IMG/VR virus record: IMGVR_UViG_3300032235_000437
Location: 16,447 to 80,446 of that record
DNA: 64,000 bases
Reading direction: 5' to 3' (one strand)
Source of the DNA: a virus
The notes under the pieces were generated by a model. That model saw only the letters and a list, made by a program, of their open reading frames with translations. It did not search any database and was not told the DNA's origin. The stretch's first letter is position 1, and each line of letters starts with the position of its first letter. Below, one piece after another: positions 38,664-49,030 of the stretch. The translations under genes and the position numbers were made by a program.

Positions 38664-39038
38664 TCAATAACCGTTACAAGAAATAATTCCTGCCGCCCAT
38701 CCTGATGTGTAATAACTGGTTCTATACGCTGAGCCAGTATAAAAAGCTCCATTATACCCGAACCCAGTAACTGTATAATCAGTTGACGTAGCGCATAGAA
38801 CAGGCCTACTGTTCAGAGTTGTACTCAGCACTTTATCTGGATAAAACTCAGCTATACCTACTTGTATATCCACAACGCTAGATAAACCAAATGAGTAACG
38901 AACTTGTGCTGGGTATGGAGAAGGGCCATACAGCGTATCATACACAACAACAGTTTTGGCATTACCTGTATAAAGGTCCGCCATAGATCTAGACTGTGTT
39001 GGTGTGCTTAATGTGTCTACACGTAAAGAAGAAGTCAT
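38664..39038 (-). CDS. Small tail fibre-domain protein (paralogue 3)
   Basis: MTSSLRVDTL, GNAK, SSVVDIQVG. Confidence 0.6.
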   Translation of the reverse strand: MTSSLRVDTLSTPTQSRSMADLYTGNAKTVVVYDTLYGPSPYPAQVRYSFGLSSVVDIQVGIAEFYPDKVLSTTLNSRPVLCATSTDYTVTGFGYNGAFYTGSAYRTSYYTSGWAAGIISCNGY

Positions 39039-39403
39039 TAAAATACAAACCCCGACACGTACTGAGGAGTTAACTCCGCAGCTACGCCTATTCTTATAGC
39101 TGGACCAGTACTTTCATATATAGCAGTAGTAAGATTAAAAGAGGTGCCAATAGTATTTTGTACATGGCTTGTTCCAGCAAATCTAGCACCATTAGAGCCT
39201 GGAAGTGTTACTGACAGCAAAGAACGATATAAGCCTGTACCTATATCTTGAGTTGAAGAAATGTTAAAAGTATTATTGTTGCTAGGCACACCACTAATTA
39301 CAGCTATAGTAACCCATGCCTTAGCAGACCCTGTAATTGGGTCTTCCGCTAAACACATTTCTGTATCTGAATAACCAATACGGTCAACGTTAACAGTACT
39401 CAT
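39038..39403 (-). CDS. Small tail fibre-domain protein (paralogue 4)
   Basis: MSTVNVD, GSAKAWV, FNISSTQDIGTGLY; ATGA-coupled start at 39403. Confidence 0.65.
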   Translation of the reverse strand: MSTVNVDRIGYSDTEMCLAEDPITGSAKAWVTIAVISGVPSNNNTFNISSTQDIGTGLYRSLLSVTLPGSNGARFAGTSHVQNTIGTSFNLTTAIYESTGPAIRIGVAAELTPQYVSGFVF

Positions 39404-39627
39404 AGGATTGTCCAAGTCTCCCCAGAACCTATTGTTACTGTAATACCGTTATCTATAGTTATAGGACCTATGCTCATTGCATTATAGCCGTTAGGTACGG
39501 TATAACTTACCTGCACGTTACCCTTATTTAACCAAAAAGGTAGCGTAGAATCTTGCTGAACAAAACCTAAATTGTTTGCGTTCCTAGAGTCATCTATAAG
39601 ACTTGTTCCGTTAAGTAAAAATGCCAT
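39400..39627 (-). CDS. Small tail-associated protein
   Basis: F..N...V...YT.P...NAMS.GPITI..G.TVT...G..WTI pattern common in aquatic phages. Confidence 0.65.
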   Translation of the reverse strand: MAFLLNGTSLIDDSRNANNLGFVQQDSTLPFWLNKGNVQVSYTVPNGYNAMSIGPITIDNGITVTIGSGETWTIL

Positions 39628-39629
39628 AG

Positions 39630-40814
39630 TTACTCCTTATTAAATATCAGTCTAAACTGTTCTTTAAGTTTTGTCAACAAAGATTTATTTTTGTCTTTTT
39701 TAAGCGCCTCAACTTCTGAGTTTAGTTCTTTTAGCGCTTCAATTAATAGTCCTACTATGTTACCGTAGGATACAGTTTTGTACTCACCTTCTGTAACAAC
39801 TTCAGGTAGTATAGACTCAATTTCTTGTGCGATTACGCCAATCGACCTGCTTCCGTGAATATCAAAATAGGTTCCGCGCAGTGCTAACACTTTACTTAGT
39901 GCGTTATCAACAGTATGTACGTTACTTTTTACTCTAATATCTGATAGAGAGTTAAAGTCAGTGGCTGTAACTCTACCGCTTGAGGGGTTAAAGTATAGCT
40001 TAGTAGAAGATATAGCTGAGTTACTTACGTCGCCTGAAGTTACATCTGTGAAAGTAATATAACGTGTAGCGTTAGTAGCAGTATCGTCTGTTATATTAGT
40101 AGTACCTAAGCGAGCCCAAGCAGCACCGGTATAGACCTCTGGGGTAGCATTGGTTGTATTATATCTAAACATACCCGCGGCAGGAGCACTAGGACGTTGA
40201 ACTGTAGTACCTAAAGGTAATCTAATCGCTGCGTTACTAGCAAAAATAGCATTACCAGTTACGTGAAATTCTGCTAACGGGCTAGGAGTGTTGATACCGA
40301 CGTTAGCAGTAGCTAATAGTGTAACGGCAGTTACACTTTGCCCAGAGAATGCAACGTTATTTAATGTACCTACGCTGTAGCCTTGTGGAGCACCTACGTC
40401 AATGAAAGAACCAATAGCGTCAGTATTACTATTTCTAAAGTATAGTCGTCCAGTATCTATAGTTCCTACTAGCTCACCTACTTCATAAGTTGTTCTATTA
40501 GCTGTAAGAGCAGCTAAGTTATTTTCTACACGATTACCAATACCAACTCTAGTAAAGTTACCGCCCACTGGTGAGCTTTTCTTGTTTACAGAGTCTGCAA
40601 TGTATAGTGCTCCTGTTGTAGCACTTCGGAACAGAGTTCCGTTAGGTGTAGCTAAGCCAGCACCAGCTACAGTAAAATTAACTGTAGCGGGCGCTGCTGC
40701 GGAATAAAAACTACTTAAAATAGAACGAAAACTATCATTTTGTTGTAATCTAGCAGTGTTTAAAGAAGTACCTGCTGTTGGTTCTGTATAAGTATTAGAG
40801 TTAGTTAAAGACAT
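39630..40814 (-). CDS. Tail fibre with C-terminal intramolecular chaperone (peptidase S74)
   Basis: SD.R.K.N, GVIAQE.E..LPE.V, LLIEALKEL; VGINT..P and P.GTT.QRP..G..RYN fibre motifs. Confidence 0.88.
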   Translation of the reverse strand: MSLTNSNTYTEPTAGTSLNTARLQQNDSFRSILSSFYSAAAPATVNFTVAGAGLATPNGTLFRSATTGALYIADSVNKKSSPVGGNFTRVGIGNRVENNLAALTANRTTYEVGELVGTIDTGRLYFRNSNTDAIGSFIDVGAPQGYSVGTLNNVAFSGQSVTAVTLLATANVGINTPSPLAEFHVTGNAIFASNAAIRLPLGTTVQRPSAPAAGMFRYNTTNATPEVYTGAAWARLGTTNITDDTATNATRYITFTDVTSGDVSNSAISSTKLYFNPSSGRVTATDFNSLSDIRVKSNVHTVDNALSKVLALRGTYFDIHGSRSIGVIAQEIESILPEVVTEGEYKTVSYGNIVGLLIEALKELNSEVEALKKDKNKSLLTKLKEQFRLIFNKE

Positions 40815-40816
40815 TA

Positions 40817-43800
40817 TTATACCCCGATAGCTGTGATCATTATATTAGCTGTACTATTTGCTTGATATAGCCCAGTACCATCACTAGCGATAAGTTTAAA
40901 AGATATAGATTGATTTGATGCAGCAGTTGTTACAACAACTGATGGGTTAGCCTCAGCATCTATTTGGTTTAGTACAGCATAGCTTATAGCAGGTCTGCTT
41001 AAGAATTTTGCCGAACTTATATCAATAGTTTTAGGAGAAGCATCATATACTACAGTTGATGTAAATACTGTTTGTTCTTTATCTATACTATACCTAAATC
41101 TATCTAAAGTAAAGTCATATTCATCAGGTCTACTGTTGTTTACGATATATTTTATTTGGAAGTATCTAAAGGTTTTAGTTCCAACTTCGTAAGGAATCCA
41201 ACCATCACCTGAAGCACTAAACGCAGACACGTTAACGTTACCGTTAGCGTAGTATGGATTTTCTATAGTTGTTCTAATATAAGTTTGAGCAGTAACTGAT
41301 CCTAGAGTTCCAACATAGGTAGCAGTTCCTGGGTCGTTATACTGTAGTAAATCTACTAGCGTATAAGCGTCATTACCAGAAGTTACGTTTGCAAAAGTGT
41401 TTCCTCCAGTAGGAATACCGTTTGCATGATAGCTAGCTCCAAGCGCAATAGCATTAGCATTTATTAATCCTGCTATTAGCGCATATGAATTAAGATTTGC
41501 TGTATCACCATTGAATTGGCCATGGTTCCATATAGCCCAAACGTTACCGCTAGTGCTACCAGTCATCCAAGTACGATTATTAGCATCATAACGTGGTGAT
41601 ACTACGCTTGCATTTGAAAAACCTAGTACTCGACCTATACCGCCAAAACTAGTGTCAATTAGAACATTTGCAGCACTAGAAACATCTGTAACACCAGGTA
41701 AATAACGTTCATGTTGGTCATTATAGGTGCTCTGTATTTCCTGAGTAGCTTCGGTGTCGATATTTATCTGACCAGTAACAGCTTGACCAAAGTCACGAAT
41801 TTGTGTAATATATTCAGCACTCTCAGTAGCTAATAGGTTAGTAGGAGAACCTGCAACAGTACTCCAACCACTACTAGAACCGTTAGCATTATCTACTCTA
41901 CTGGTATAAGAATAGGCTATACCACTAGTATTAGAGTTTGCTCTAGACGGGAAGTTAAACTCAGTGGAGTTGTTATTAGGCAGTCCGTCAATAAAAATTT
42001 CAGAAGGGTTATCTTCGTTATAAGCAGCCACAGTTGTAGAACGTTGTGCACGAGTTGTAGTAATAACAGCACCAACAACACTGTCACTTAAGTTACCGCT
42101 AGTATCTTTTGTTCTAGCTAGGTAAGTGTAAGTACCATAGTTGTCAATTGGTACAGACTTACGAGCAGACGGTACAGATACGGTAACTAGCGGGCTAGCA
42201 ACTGTGAAGTTTTCTAGCGTAGCTGCCACTTCGCCAGGGAATCTATTGATGATAACTTCTTTTAAGTCTAAGTCTACCAGATCTCCAGAAGATCTAGCAT
42301 AGTTCCAGAAGAAGGTAATAACTTCGTTTTGTTGTCCACCAGTAAAACCTGTAATATTTTGAGGCTTAGCTGTTTTACCTACAATACTTTTCTCTGCTAC
42401 AGCGGTAACACCTCTTATGCTCTTGTTGAGCGGTGTAACTCTAATAGTTATAGCATTATCTTCTGACACCTGACCACGGTTTACGTTGTTGATAGTAAAT
42501 CTAATTTTACCATCAGCATCTACACCAGTAGCAGGAACTTTAACAGTATTGAACGCAGTTAGAGGAATACCGCCGTCATCACTACCTACGCTATCTACAG
42601 TAGATAGTTTGTAAGATATTTCATAATCTGTAACTTCTTGGCCAACGATATGATCAAAAGTACAAGTAATTCTAGTACTTACACCACCTGTTTGCTCACG
42701 ATACAGAGATTCCTGTATTTGCAGATTCTGTACTTTTTGTATAGGTAGCTGCTCAACTAATACACTCTTAGTAACATAAGGACTAAAACGTCCTAGCGTA
42801 TTTTTATTTCTAGCTTTGACAGTGGTTACGCCAAGAGGTAGCTCTGGTAGTTTTAGGTCATCTGTTAAGAAAGCCTTTTCAAAACTAGAGGATAGCTCTA
42901 ATGAATATACACCGCTATTAGCTAGTGAGAATATACCAGGATAAGCCTCGGTAGAATATACTAGCGTAAAAGTATTATCTTCTACATCAGTTACTGTTCC
43001 TACAGGATTTTGAGTTATGTTAATAAACTCAAAACCAGATAGATCTAGCTGAGGAGCGCTATCTAGCGTGATAATAAATATAGAATTACTAGTTAACGCT
43101 ACGTTATACCCAGCTGACGAAGTGTCATAAGTTGAGTTTACTACAGTAAAGGTATTGCCGTAGTTAACTTCAAGTCTATCACCTATTTCAATAGTTGGTA
43201 CAGTATACACATATGATTGTGCTCTAAAAGTAGTCTCACTAGGATTTTTTGTGTATACTACGTTAGAGGCTAGCGCAGAAGTTTTATTTAAGTTAACTGT
43301 GTATAGACCGTTACTCTTTTGAATGCCGTCTACAAAGAATTTAACGTCATTTACAGAGCGAACTTTGTTCGGTAACTCAACAGTAGTGACTGTATCAGAT
43401 AAATTACCTTCTACAACTTGATCTATTTCTGTACCTTTTACATAAACACTATTATTTGCATAGTAGTTTTTAGCTAGTACCTGATTTAAGCTTACGTAGA
43501 ACGGTGGTGTAGGTAGCGCAGAGCTAAGAGTGGTAAGCCCTGCGGCAGTATCTTGTATTACAACTGTATCTGTGGATAGATTATAAGAAGTTATATCTCT
43601 AGTCATAGAGGTAATATCAGACTGATAGCCTACAAAGTTTATTATGCCTTGTACATTTGCTTTTTCTCTAATAGGTATATTTATTTGATCAATACCTTTA
43701 AGATTAGGTACTGTTACACCGTCATTTACTTCTAGAACGTGTTGATTAAAGTTTCTATCTACGCATAGTTTTAATCCCTCAAGAGTTAGAGTTATGGACC

Positions 43801-46471
43801 CAGGCGCAGTTACAACAGTATTACATAGCAGCTGTATATCACCAGCAGGAGTTGTGAATCCATTTTTACCTGATACTATACAGCTTAGAGTGTTATTAGC
43901 TATATTAGTAGTATCTGTTACGCCTAGAGTAAGTGGATTTTGTACGTAAACATTTGCAATAGGCACAATATTGTCTGGTCTAGCAACATAATACTCTGTT
44001 TCAAATTTTTGACCATAGCCTAGAGATTCAGTTCTATTATTTAATATACCGTCATATACCACGCTACCATCTGCGGTAGTTCTAGAAGTTACTGCAAAAG
44101 TAAACACAGGAGAAGGTGGAGAGCTAAACGGGCTTGTGATATCTACATAAGCTGTAGGCTCATAATTAATAAAGGTATCAGAATCTATATAAACATTAGA
44201 TATATACTCAATACCAGATACTATAACGTCAACTTCATTAGAGTCGCGTTTAACTCCAGTAACTTTAAATAGCTTACCAGACTTATTAGTATAGTAGTTG
44301 TTAGGATTTTCAAACTCGCCAATAGTCCACAGATCATTTGTACGAGGTACAATATTTTCAGTGAAACCGCTAGTTAGATTTTCTATACGTCTAGTTAAAG
44401 GATTAAATCTACTAGTTACTTGTACAGTAGCTAAGTCAAAACCAGTAGAAACATCATCACTTGACCCTAAGCTAAACACAGAGTTGCTTAAGATATATAA
44501 ATCCATCTTATCACTATCTATTTTGATAATACGAAGAGCTAGAGGGTATGTATTAGCTGTAAATACAGAGTTAGATAAGCTAGGAACGGTATAGTGCTCT
44601 AAAAATACATTGGTGTTAGTGCTAGAGGTAAGAGCAGAGTTAGCACTAATTCTACCACCATATCCGTATGCAATACCTGTTCCGTTTGTAGCAATAGAAA
44701 TAACATCGCCAGGAGCTAGAGTCAGTGCTTCTGTACTAGTAGTAAAGGTAATATTTCTACGAAGGTATCTAGAGGCGGCAATTTGATATTGCCCAAGTCT
44801 AATAGCTTGGCTTCTTCTAGTCACACCCGTTAAATCTAGAGAAGCAATATTTTCAATTGTTTGTACTTCTCTACCGTCGTTAGCCTCAGCTAAATCTAGT
44901 CTGACAACTTCACGCTTATAATGGTTTGTAGGTTCTACGTAAGTAATATCTACACCTGTATAGATTTCGCTCTCTCTTATACCGGATATTTGAAAAGAAC
45001 CTTGTTTAATATTTGTTTCGTTGAACAACATAACAGGGAATTCTTCTGGCATATCTACAGCTAGGCTTATCTTACCGCCAGAATACACTAACATACTGCG
45101 GAAGGTAGCAGTAATTTTATTTAGAATATCCATAGTTTTTTCTTGATCAGAAATAGTAACATCAGTGATAAAACGACGTTCTACCACTTTACTACCTTTA
45201 GGCAGTCCTATTTGATTTTCTCTAATGGCTGTATACAGAGTTCTTGGTTTATATCTAAAAGATCCATCAGCTACTGCGCTAACACCGATAAATTTACCAG
45301 TTTCAGAATCACAGGCATCACAGTACTGTGCTATCTGGTAAAAACGATATTTATCAATATTTTCTTCAGGAATACCTAACCCGTAGGTTTTATTAGTTAA
45401 TATATCGTATACTATCCATACAGGATTTTGAGTCCAAGAATACACAAAGGTGCCATCCCAGCTACCTGTGTAGATTTCTGGATTAGTTGCGTATAGAATT
45501 GTGCTAGTACCTGGTCTTTGCAGTCTATAACCATAGCTTGTATAGTCTGAGTTAGATACTTCTAGTTCTCTCCAGTCTATTTCTCCTGAAGCTAGAATAG
45601 GTTGATTATAGTTAGAAGGTACTTTAACTAGCAACCCTTTTACTAAACTCGTAAAATTAGGAACACCACCAGTATGCTCATCAGTAGCTTTTAGAGCATA
45701 ACCAATTAAAGCAGTTCTTGGGTATGCTTGTCTAACATACTTTATCTCATCCCAGCCAATTATCTTGATATTATCTCTAAATCTAGGAGTATCATTATCG
45801 TCACTAGTTTTTTCAATAGTAAACTTATAGCCATCTACAGATCTAGATTCAAGAGGTATTTCAGCTTTTTCACTAAACTTATATCCAGTATCTGTTTTTT
45901 CACTAACAGTCTTATCTATAATAGATATTATAGTAGTACCTATTCTGTCATATATAGTTATTCTGTAACTTACAGAGGCTGGGTATACGTTGCCTTTAGT
46001 ATCAGCAGAGTATAGCTCTTCTATCAAAAAGTTAAATCTTATAGCATCCCAGTCACTAGCACTAGTTTCTTGCAAAGTAACTTTAGAGCTAGGAATACCG
46101 TCTAAGTTACCTTTTTTTAAGGCAACCTGAGACGCAAAGATCTGAGGTGTTACAATTTCGTCACCAAAAATAGGTAATGGGTCTTGTGTAGGAGTACCTG
46201 TAGCTGTGATTGTTAAAAACTTATCAGTATTTTCTAGACCGTTAGAATCTAAGTTGATTAAGTCGTCTATAGCACTATCTTGAATTTGAATATCTTGAGG
46301 ACCGTTAGGGTTAATACGGTATATAGGTCCTTCACCTAAAGCATTAGTTAGATATAAAATATCAGTAGAAAATAGAGAATTAGGGCGAATTACTCCGCCT
46401 CCCTTACCGCCGCCTCCAGCCCCTTTAATTACAGGTACTTGCTGACTATTGAATCGTACAAATTTTTTCAT
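40817..46471 (-). CDS. Central tail fibre / host-specificity protein (lambda gpJ/TipJ-like)
   Basis: IKGAGGGG, GEGPI, YP.TA, WDGTF...W..NP.W..YD, YCD, F...N, G.T..SQA.R, PGDVI, FN3-like C-terminal half. Confidence 0.92.
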   Translation of the reverse strand: MKKFVRFNSQQVPVIKGAGGGGKGGGVIRPNSLFSTDILYLTNALGEGPIYRINPNGPQDIQIQDSAIDDLINLDSNGLENTDKFLTITATGTPTQDPLPIFGDEIVTPQIFASQVALKKGNLDGIPSSKVTLQETSASDWDAIRFNFLIEELYSADTKGNVYPASVSYRITIYDRIGTTIISIIDKTVSEKTDTGYKFSEKAEIPLESRSVDGYKFTIEKTSDDNDTPRFRDNIKIIGWDEIKYVRQAYPRTALIGYALKATDEHTGGVPNFTSLVKGLLVKVPSNYNQPILASGEIDWRELEVSNSDYTSYGYRLQRPGTSTILYATNPEIYTGSWDGTFVYSWTQNPVWIVYDILTNKTYGLGIPEENIDKYRFYQIAQYCDACDSETGKFIGVSAVADGSFRYKPRTLYTAIRENQIGLPKGSKVVERRFITDVTISDQEKTMDILNKITATFRSMLVYSGGKISLAVDMPEEFPVMLFNETNIKQGSFQISGIRESEIYTGVDITYVEPTNHYKREVVRLDLAEANDGREVQTIENIASLDLTGVTRRSQAIRLGQYQIAASRYLRRNITFTTSTEALTLAPGDVISIATNGTGIAYGYGGRISANSALTSSTNTNVFLEHYTVPSLSNSVFTANTYPLALRIIKIDSDKMDLYILSNSVFSLGSSDDVSTGFDLATVQVTSRFNPLTRRIENLTSGFTENIVPRTNDLWTIGEFENPNNYYTNKSGKLFKVTGVKRDSNEVDVIVSGIEYISNVYIDSDTFINYEPTAYVDITSPFSSPPSPVFTFAVTSRTTADGSVVYDGILNNRTESLGYGQKFETEYYVARPDNIVPIANVYVQNPLTLGVTDTTNIANNTLSCIVSGKNGFTTPAGDIQLLCNTVVTAPGSITLTLEGLKLCVDRNFNQHVLEVNDGVTVPNLKGIDQINIPIREKANVQGIINFVGYQSDITSMTRDITSYNLSTDTVVIQDTAAGLTTLSSALPTPPFYVSLNQVLAKNYYANNSVYVKGTEIDQVVEGNLSDTVTTVELPNKVRSVNDVKFFVDGIQKSNGLYTVNLNKTSALASNVVYTKNPSETTFRAQSYVYTVPTIEIGDRLEVNYGNTFTVVNSTYDTSSAGYNVALTSNSIFIITLDSAPQLDLSGFEFINITQNPVGTVTDVEDNTFTLVYSTEAYPGIFSLANSGVYSLELSSSFEKAFLTDDLKLPELPLGVTTVKARNKNTLGRFSPYVTKSVLVEQLPIQKVQNLQIQESLYREQTGGVSTRITCTFDHIVGQEVTDYEISYKLSTVDSVGSDDGGIPLTAFNTVKVPATGVDADGKIRFTINNVNRGQVSEDNAITIRVTPLNKSIRGVTAVAEKSIVGKTAKPQNITGFTGGQQNEVITFFWNYARSSGDLVDLDLKEVIINRFPGEVAATLENFTVASPLVTVSVPSARKSVPIDNYGTYTYLARTKDTSGNLSDSVVGAVITTTRAQRSTTVAAYNEDNPSEIFIDGLPNNNSTEFNFPSRANSNTSGIAYSYTSRVDNANGSSSGWSTVAGSPTNLLATESAEYITQIRDFGQAVTGQINIDTEATQEIQSTYNDQHERYLPGVTDVSSAANVLIDTSFGGIGRVLGFSNASVVSPRYDANNRTWMTGSTSGNVWAIWNHGQFNGDTANLNSYALIAGLINANAIALGASYHANGIPTGGNTFANVTSGNDAYTLVDLLQYNDPGTATYVGTLGSVTAQTYIRTTIENPYYANGNVNVSAFSASGDGWIPYEVGTKTFRYFQIKYIVNNSRPDEYDFTLDRFRYSIDKEQTVFTSTVVYDASPKTIDISSAKFLSRPAISYAVLNQIDAEANPSVVVTTAASNQSISFKLIASDGTGLYQANSTANIMITAIGV

Positions 46472-46482
46472 ATTTTCTAACC

Positions 46483-47913
46483 TTAATAAATTACAATAAC
46501 TGCGCCAGTAGTACCCGACAAGCTGCTTGGAGATCCGCCACCGCCTGGTCTATTGACTCCAGTAGCTGTCCATGTAGCTGTGACACGGTTATACTGTTGC
46601 TCACCCATAGTAACGATTTGTTGTCTAAGACTACTATAAGCAGATCCTATAAATTTATGTCGTAGGGCTAAGAGTTTAGTTGACCATTCAGGCGTAGATA
46701 CGTTGCCTGCATATACAACTGAGTTAGGCTGATTGGAAGAACCTGTGCCCGCAGTACCGGCAATACCATTTCTAGCTGGACTGAATCCCCCACCTGAGCT
46801 GGCACTAGTACCGTTAGAGCCTCCTGTAGCTCTGACTGGGAAAGAACCAAGAATTGGTGTACCGAAAGCAGAAGTTCTAGCAGCTAGTAAACCGTTCGTA
46901 CCAACAACAACAGGCATGACCTGGCCAGGAGTTACTGATATTTGTGCTATAACTAAACCACCAGCACCTCCAGCACCGCCAGCATAAGTCTGTCCCGTGC
47001 CTGGATTGGTTGCACTAGCGCCGCTAGCACCACCACCACCAGCAGCAATAACTGTTAGAGACGTTACTCCGGCAGGCACTGTAAAGTTACCAGAAGCACT
47101 GAAAATTTGTAAGCCAGTAGCTGTGTCGCCGTTATAACCAGCCAAGAACAGCGCACGCTCTAGCTCTTGGTCTGCCGCGGCAGTAGCGGCGGTATCAAGT
47201 ACCTCGCCATATACGTTTAAGTTCTGAGTTTTTCCATGACCTACGCTTAGTACATAACCACTTATTAGCTGTCCCGCAATTCGCATCATACCATAGTTAA
47301 GAGGTACAGGAGTGCCAGACGCAGTACTGTTAGTTAGTGAGCCAAACATGTCATTTTGTCTAGTATTTTCTTCACTAGGCTTATTAGCAAAAAGTGACGA
47401 TAATAGAGCAAGACCAATATTGACTACTAAATTCTGTAAAAACCCACCCATACCGCCTAGCGTACTTGCAATAGTACCGCCGAGACCTCCAGCACCAGCA
47501 ACGGTAGCACCGATAGGTGCTGCAGCGCCTGCAGCAGCCGCACCAGCAGCCATAGGAATAAATATAAACATAGCTACTGCTAGTGCAGCTAGAATACCGC
47601 CACGCTTACCACCGCCGCCTACTACTGCAGGGACTATATGTATTACATCACCGTCACGAGCGTGTTTAAACTTTAGATCGTTAGGATTAATAACTTTTAA
47701 GTTTTTGTCTAGAAACACAAAGCTTTCTTCTATCTTCTGTGCTCTTTGAATACGTAAATAGTTAATAAAACGCTTATGCATAGAGTTAAGATAAAATAGT
47801 ATATCATGATAAGTCTTAAAATCAGCTACATATTCTTTTGCTGAAAAGTACTTATTAAATGATGAATGAGGCTTAATGGTTACTAACAAGATGAGATTCC
47901 TCAAATTTTTCAA
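46483..47913 (-). CDS. Tail assembly protein I (ubiquitin-like) fused to Gly-rich domain
   Basis: IHIVPAVVGGG, hydrophobic helices, F.S..N....G.PVPL.YG..R..G..IS, then FTVPAGVT..GGGG domain. Confidence 0.8.
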   Translation of the reverse strand: MKNLRNLILLVTIKPHSSFNKYFSAKEYVADFKTYHDILFYLNSMHKRFINYLRIQRAQKIEESFVFLDKNLKVINPNDLKFKHARDGDVIHIVPAVVGGGGKRGGILAALAVAMFIFIPMAAGAAAAGAAAPIGATVAGAGGLGGTIASTLGGMGGFLQNLVVNIGLALLSSLFANKPSEENTRQNDMFGSLTNSTASGTPVPLNYGMMRIAGQLISGYVLSVGHGKTQNLNVYGEVLDTAATAAADQELERALFLAGYNGDTATGLQIFSASGNFTVPAGVTSLTVIAAGGGGASGASATNPGTGQTYAGGAGGAGGLVIAQISVTPGQVMPVVVGTNGLLAARTSAFGTPILGSFPVRATGGSNGTSASSGGGFSPARNGIAGTAGTGSSNQPNSVVYAGNVSTPEWSTKLLALRHKFIGSAYSSLRQQIVTMGEQQYNRVTATWTATGVNRPGGGGSPSSLSGTTGAVIVIY

Positions 47914-48247
47914 ATTTTAGTGCGTCTACATTACTATCATACCAGTAAATGTAAAACTTATTATTAAATCCTACTAAGAATTTATAATTAGAAAAAGCAG
48001 CACTAGCTTTATCTTCAGAGCTAGGAATTGGATTATCTGATCCAGGGTGTGAATGAAAAATACCCCATATATTACCGTCATGTCTTACTAAATCAGCTGG
48101 ATCTAAAAAGAATGTGACCTTTGGCTTATCACTTATATTCTTACACGGAATATAGTTAAAGTCGTTGGTTATAATTCCTACACACTCTTTAGGGTATTCG
48201 TGTAGAGAATGCTTATTCATATCAGCTAATAATTTTACGTAGTCCAT
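47873..48247 (-). CDS. JAB/MPN metalloprotease (lambda gpK N-terminal-like)
   Basis: YP.E..G, PC.N, HSHP, PS..D JAMM motif. Confidence 0.88.
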   Translation of the reverse strand: MDYVKLLADMNKHSLHEYPKECVGIITNDFNYIPCKNISDKPKVTFFLDPADLVRHDGNIWGIFHSHPGSDNPIPSSEDKASAAFSNYKFLVGFNNKFYIYWYDSNVDALKFEKFEESHLVSNH

Positions 48248-48657
48248 CTATATAATCCGGTAGTATATTGTTTGTAGTAGCTGCCATAAGGGCTAACCCA
48301 GCTAGGTCTATCAATCATAGTGTGTATGACTTTATTATTTTCTAAATACATAGCACAATGATTAGTAATATTGGTAGATCCTATACTCATTAGTATAAAG
48401 TCAAACTTTTTAGGCTCTGATACACGTTTCCAGCTAGAGTCTGCAAGAGCAGATTTTTCAAAGATTGGATCACTTGTTTTATTGTACCAATCGTCATCTA
48501 CTATATTGCAGCGATCAAAAGATAGATAGGGAATTTCTATACCAGTCTCTTCATTATAAATATAGCGGCACAGATTAAAACAATCCATGCCGCTTTTAGG
48601 ATCATTTCCTAAATGTTTATAAGGAATATTTAAATACTTATCATACCATTTTGTCAT
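48235..48657 (-). CDS. NlpC/P60 tail-tip protein
   Basis: IPY...G.DC, NHC..Y, IH. Confidence 0.85.
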   Translation of the reverse strand: MTKWYDKYLNIPYKHLGNDPKSGMDCFNLCRYIYNEETGIEIPYLSFDRCNIVDDDWYNKTSDPIFEKSALADSSWKRVSEPKKFDFILMSIGSTNITNHCAMYLENNKVIHTMIDRPSWVSPYGSYYKQYTTGLYRWTT

Positions 48658-49030
48658 GACGATATATCGCGTGTAAATGTTCCATCCAGTAATCGGATAG
48701 GCTATCTACTCGTGAAGTATTCCCCTCTTCTACGTGCAGCATTTTATTCGGTTTAATATATAATCCGAAGTGAATCAATAAGTTTGATTTCTTTGACTTG
48801 AAACTAATTAAATCATAATTCTTAGCATCCGTCAATGAAACTTTTTTACCATATTTAGATGCCCACTCGTCTAAGAATTCTACAGTATATTTTTTCATCC
48901 ATAATCTGGAATGAGGGTATGCAGGTAAATTGAAACTACAATCTAATTCATTTTCATAAAACTGTTGTACAAGAGTTACACAGTCATAGCTACCATAGCA
49001 ATGTTTAATACCTAGATAAGAAGTTATCAT
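48641..49030 (-). CDS. NlpC/P60 tail-tip protein (second copy)
   Basis: G..DC..LV..FY, H.G.Y....MLH, IYRH. Confidence 0.85.
   Translation of the reverse strand: MITSYLGIKHCYGSYDCVTLVQQFYENELDCSFNLPAYPHSRLWMKKYTVEFLDEWASKYGKKVSLTDAKNYDLISFKSKKSNLLIHFGLYIKPNKMLHVEEGNTSRVDSLSDYWMEHLHAIYRHDKMV

Noticed and set aside
36343-40814. Diversity-generating retroelement or invertible fibre cassette
   Set aside because: No reverse transcriptase, invertase or near-identical nucleotide repeats seen; paralogues are similar only at the protein level.
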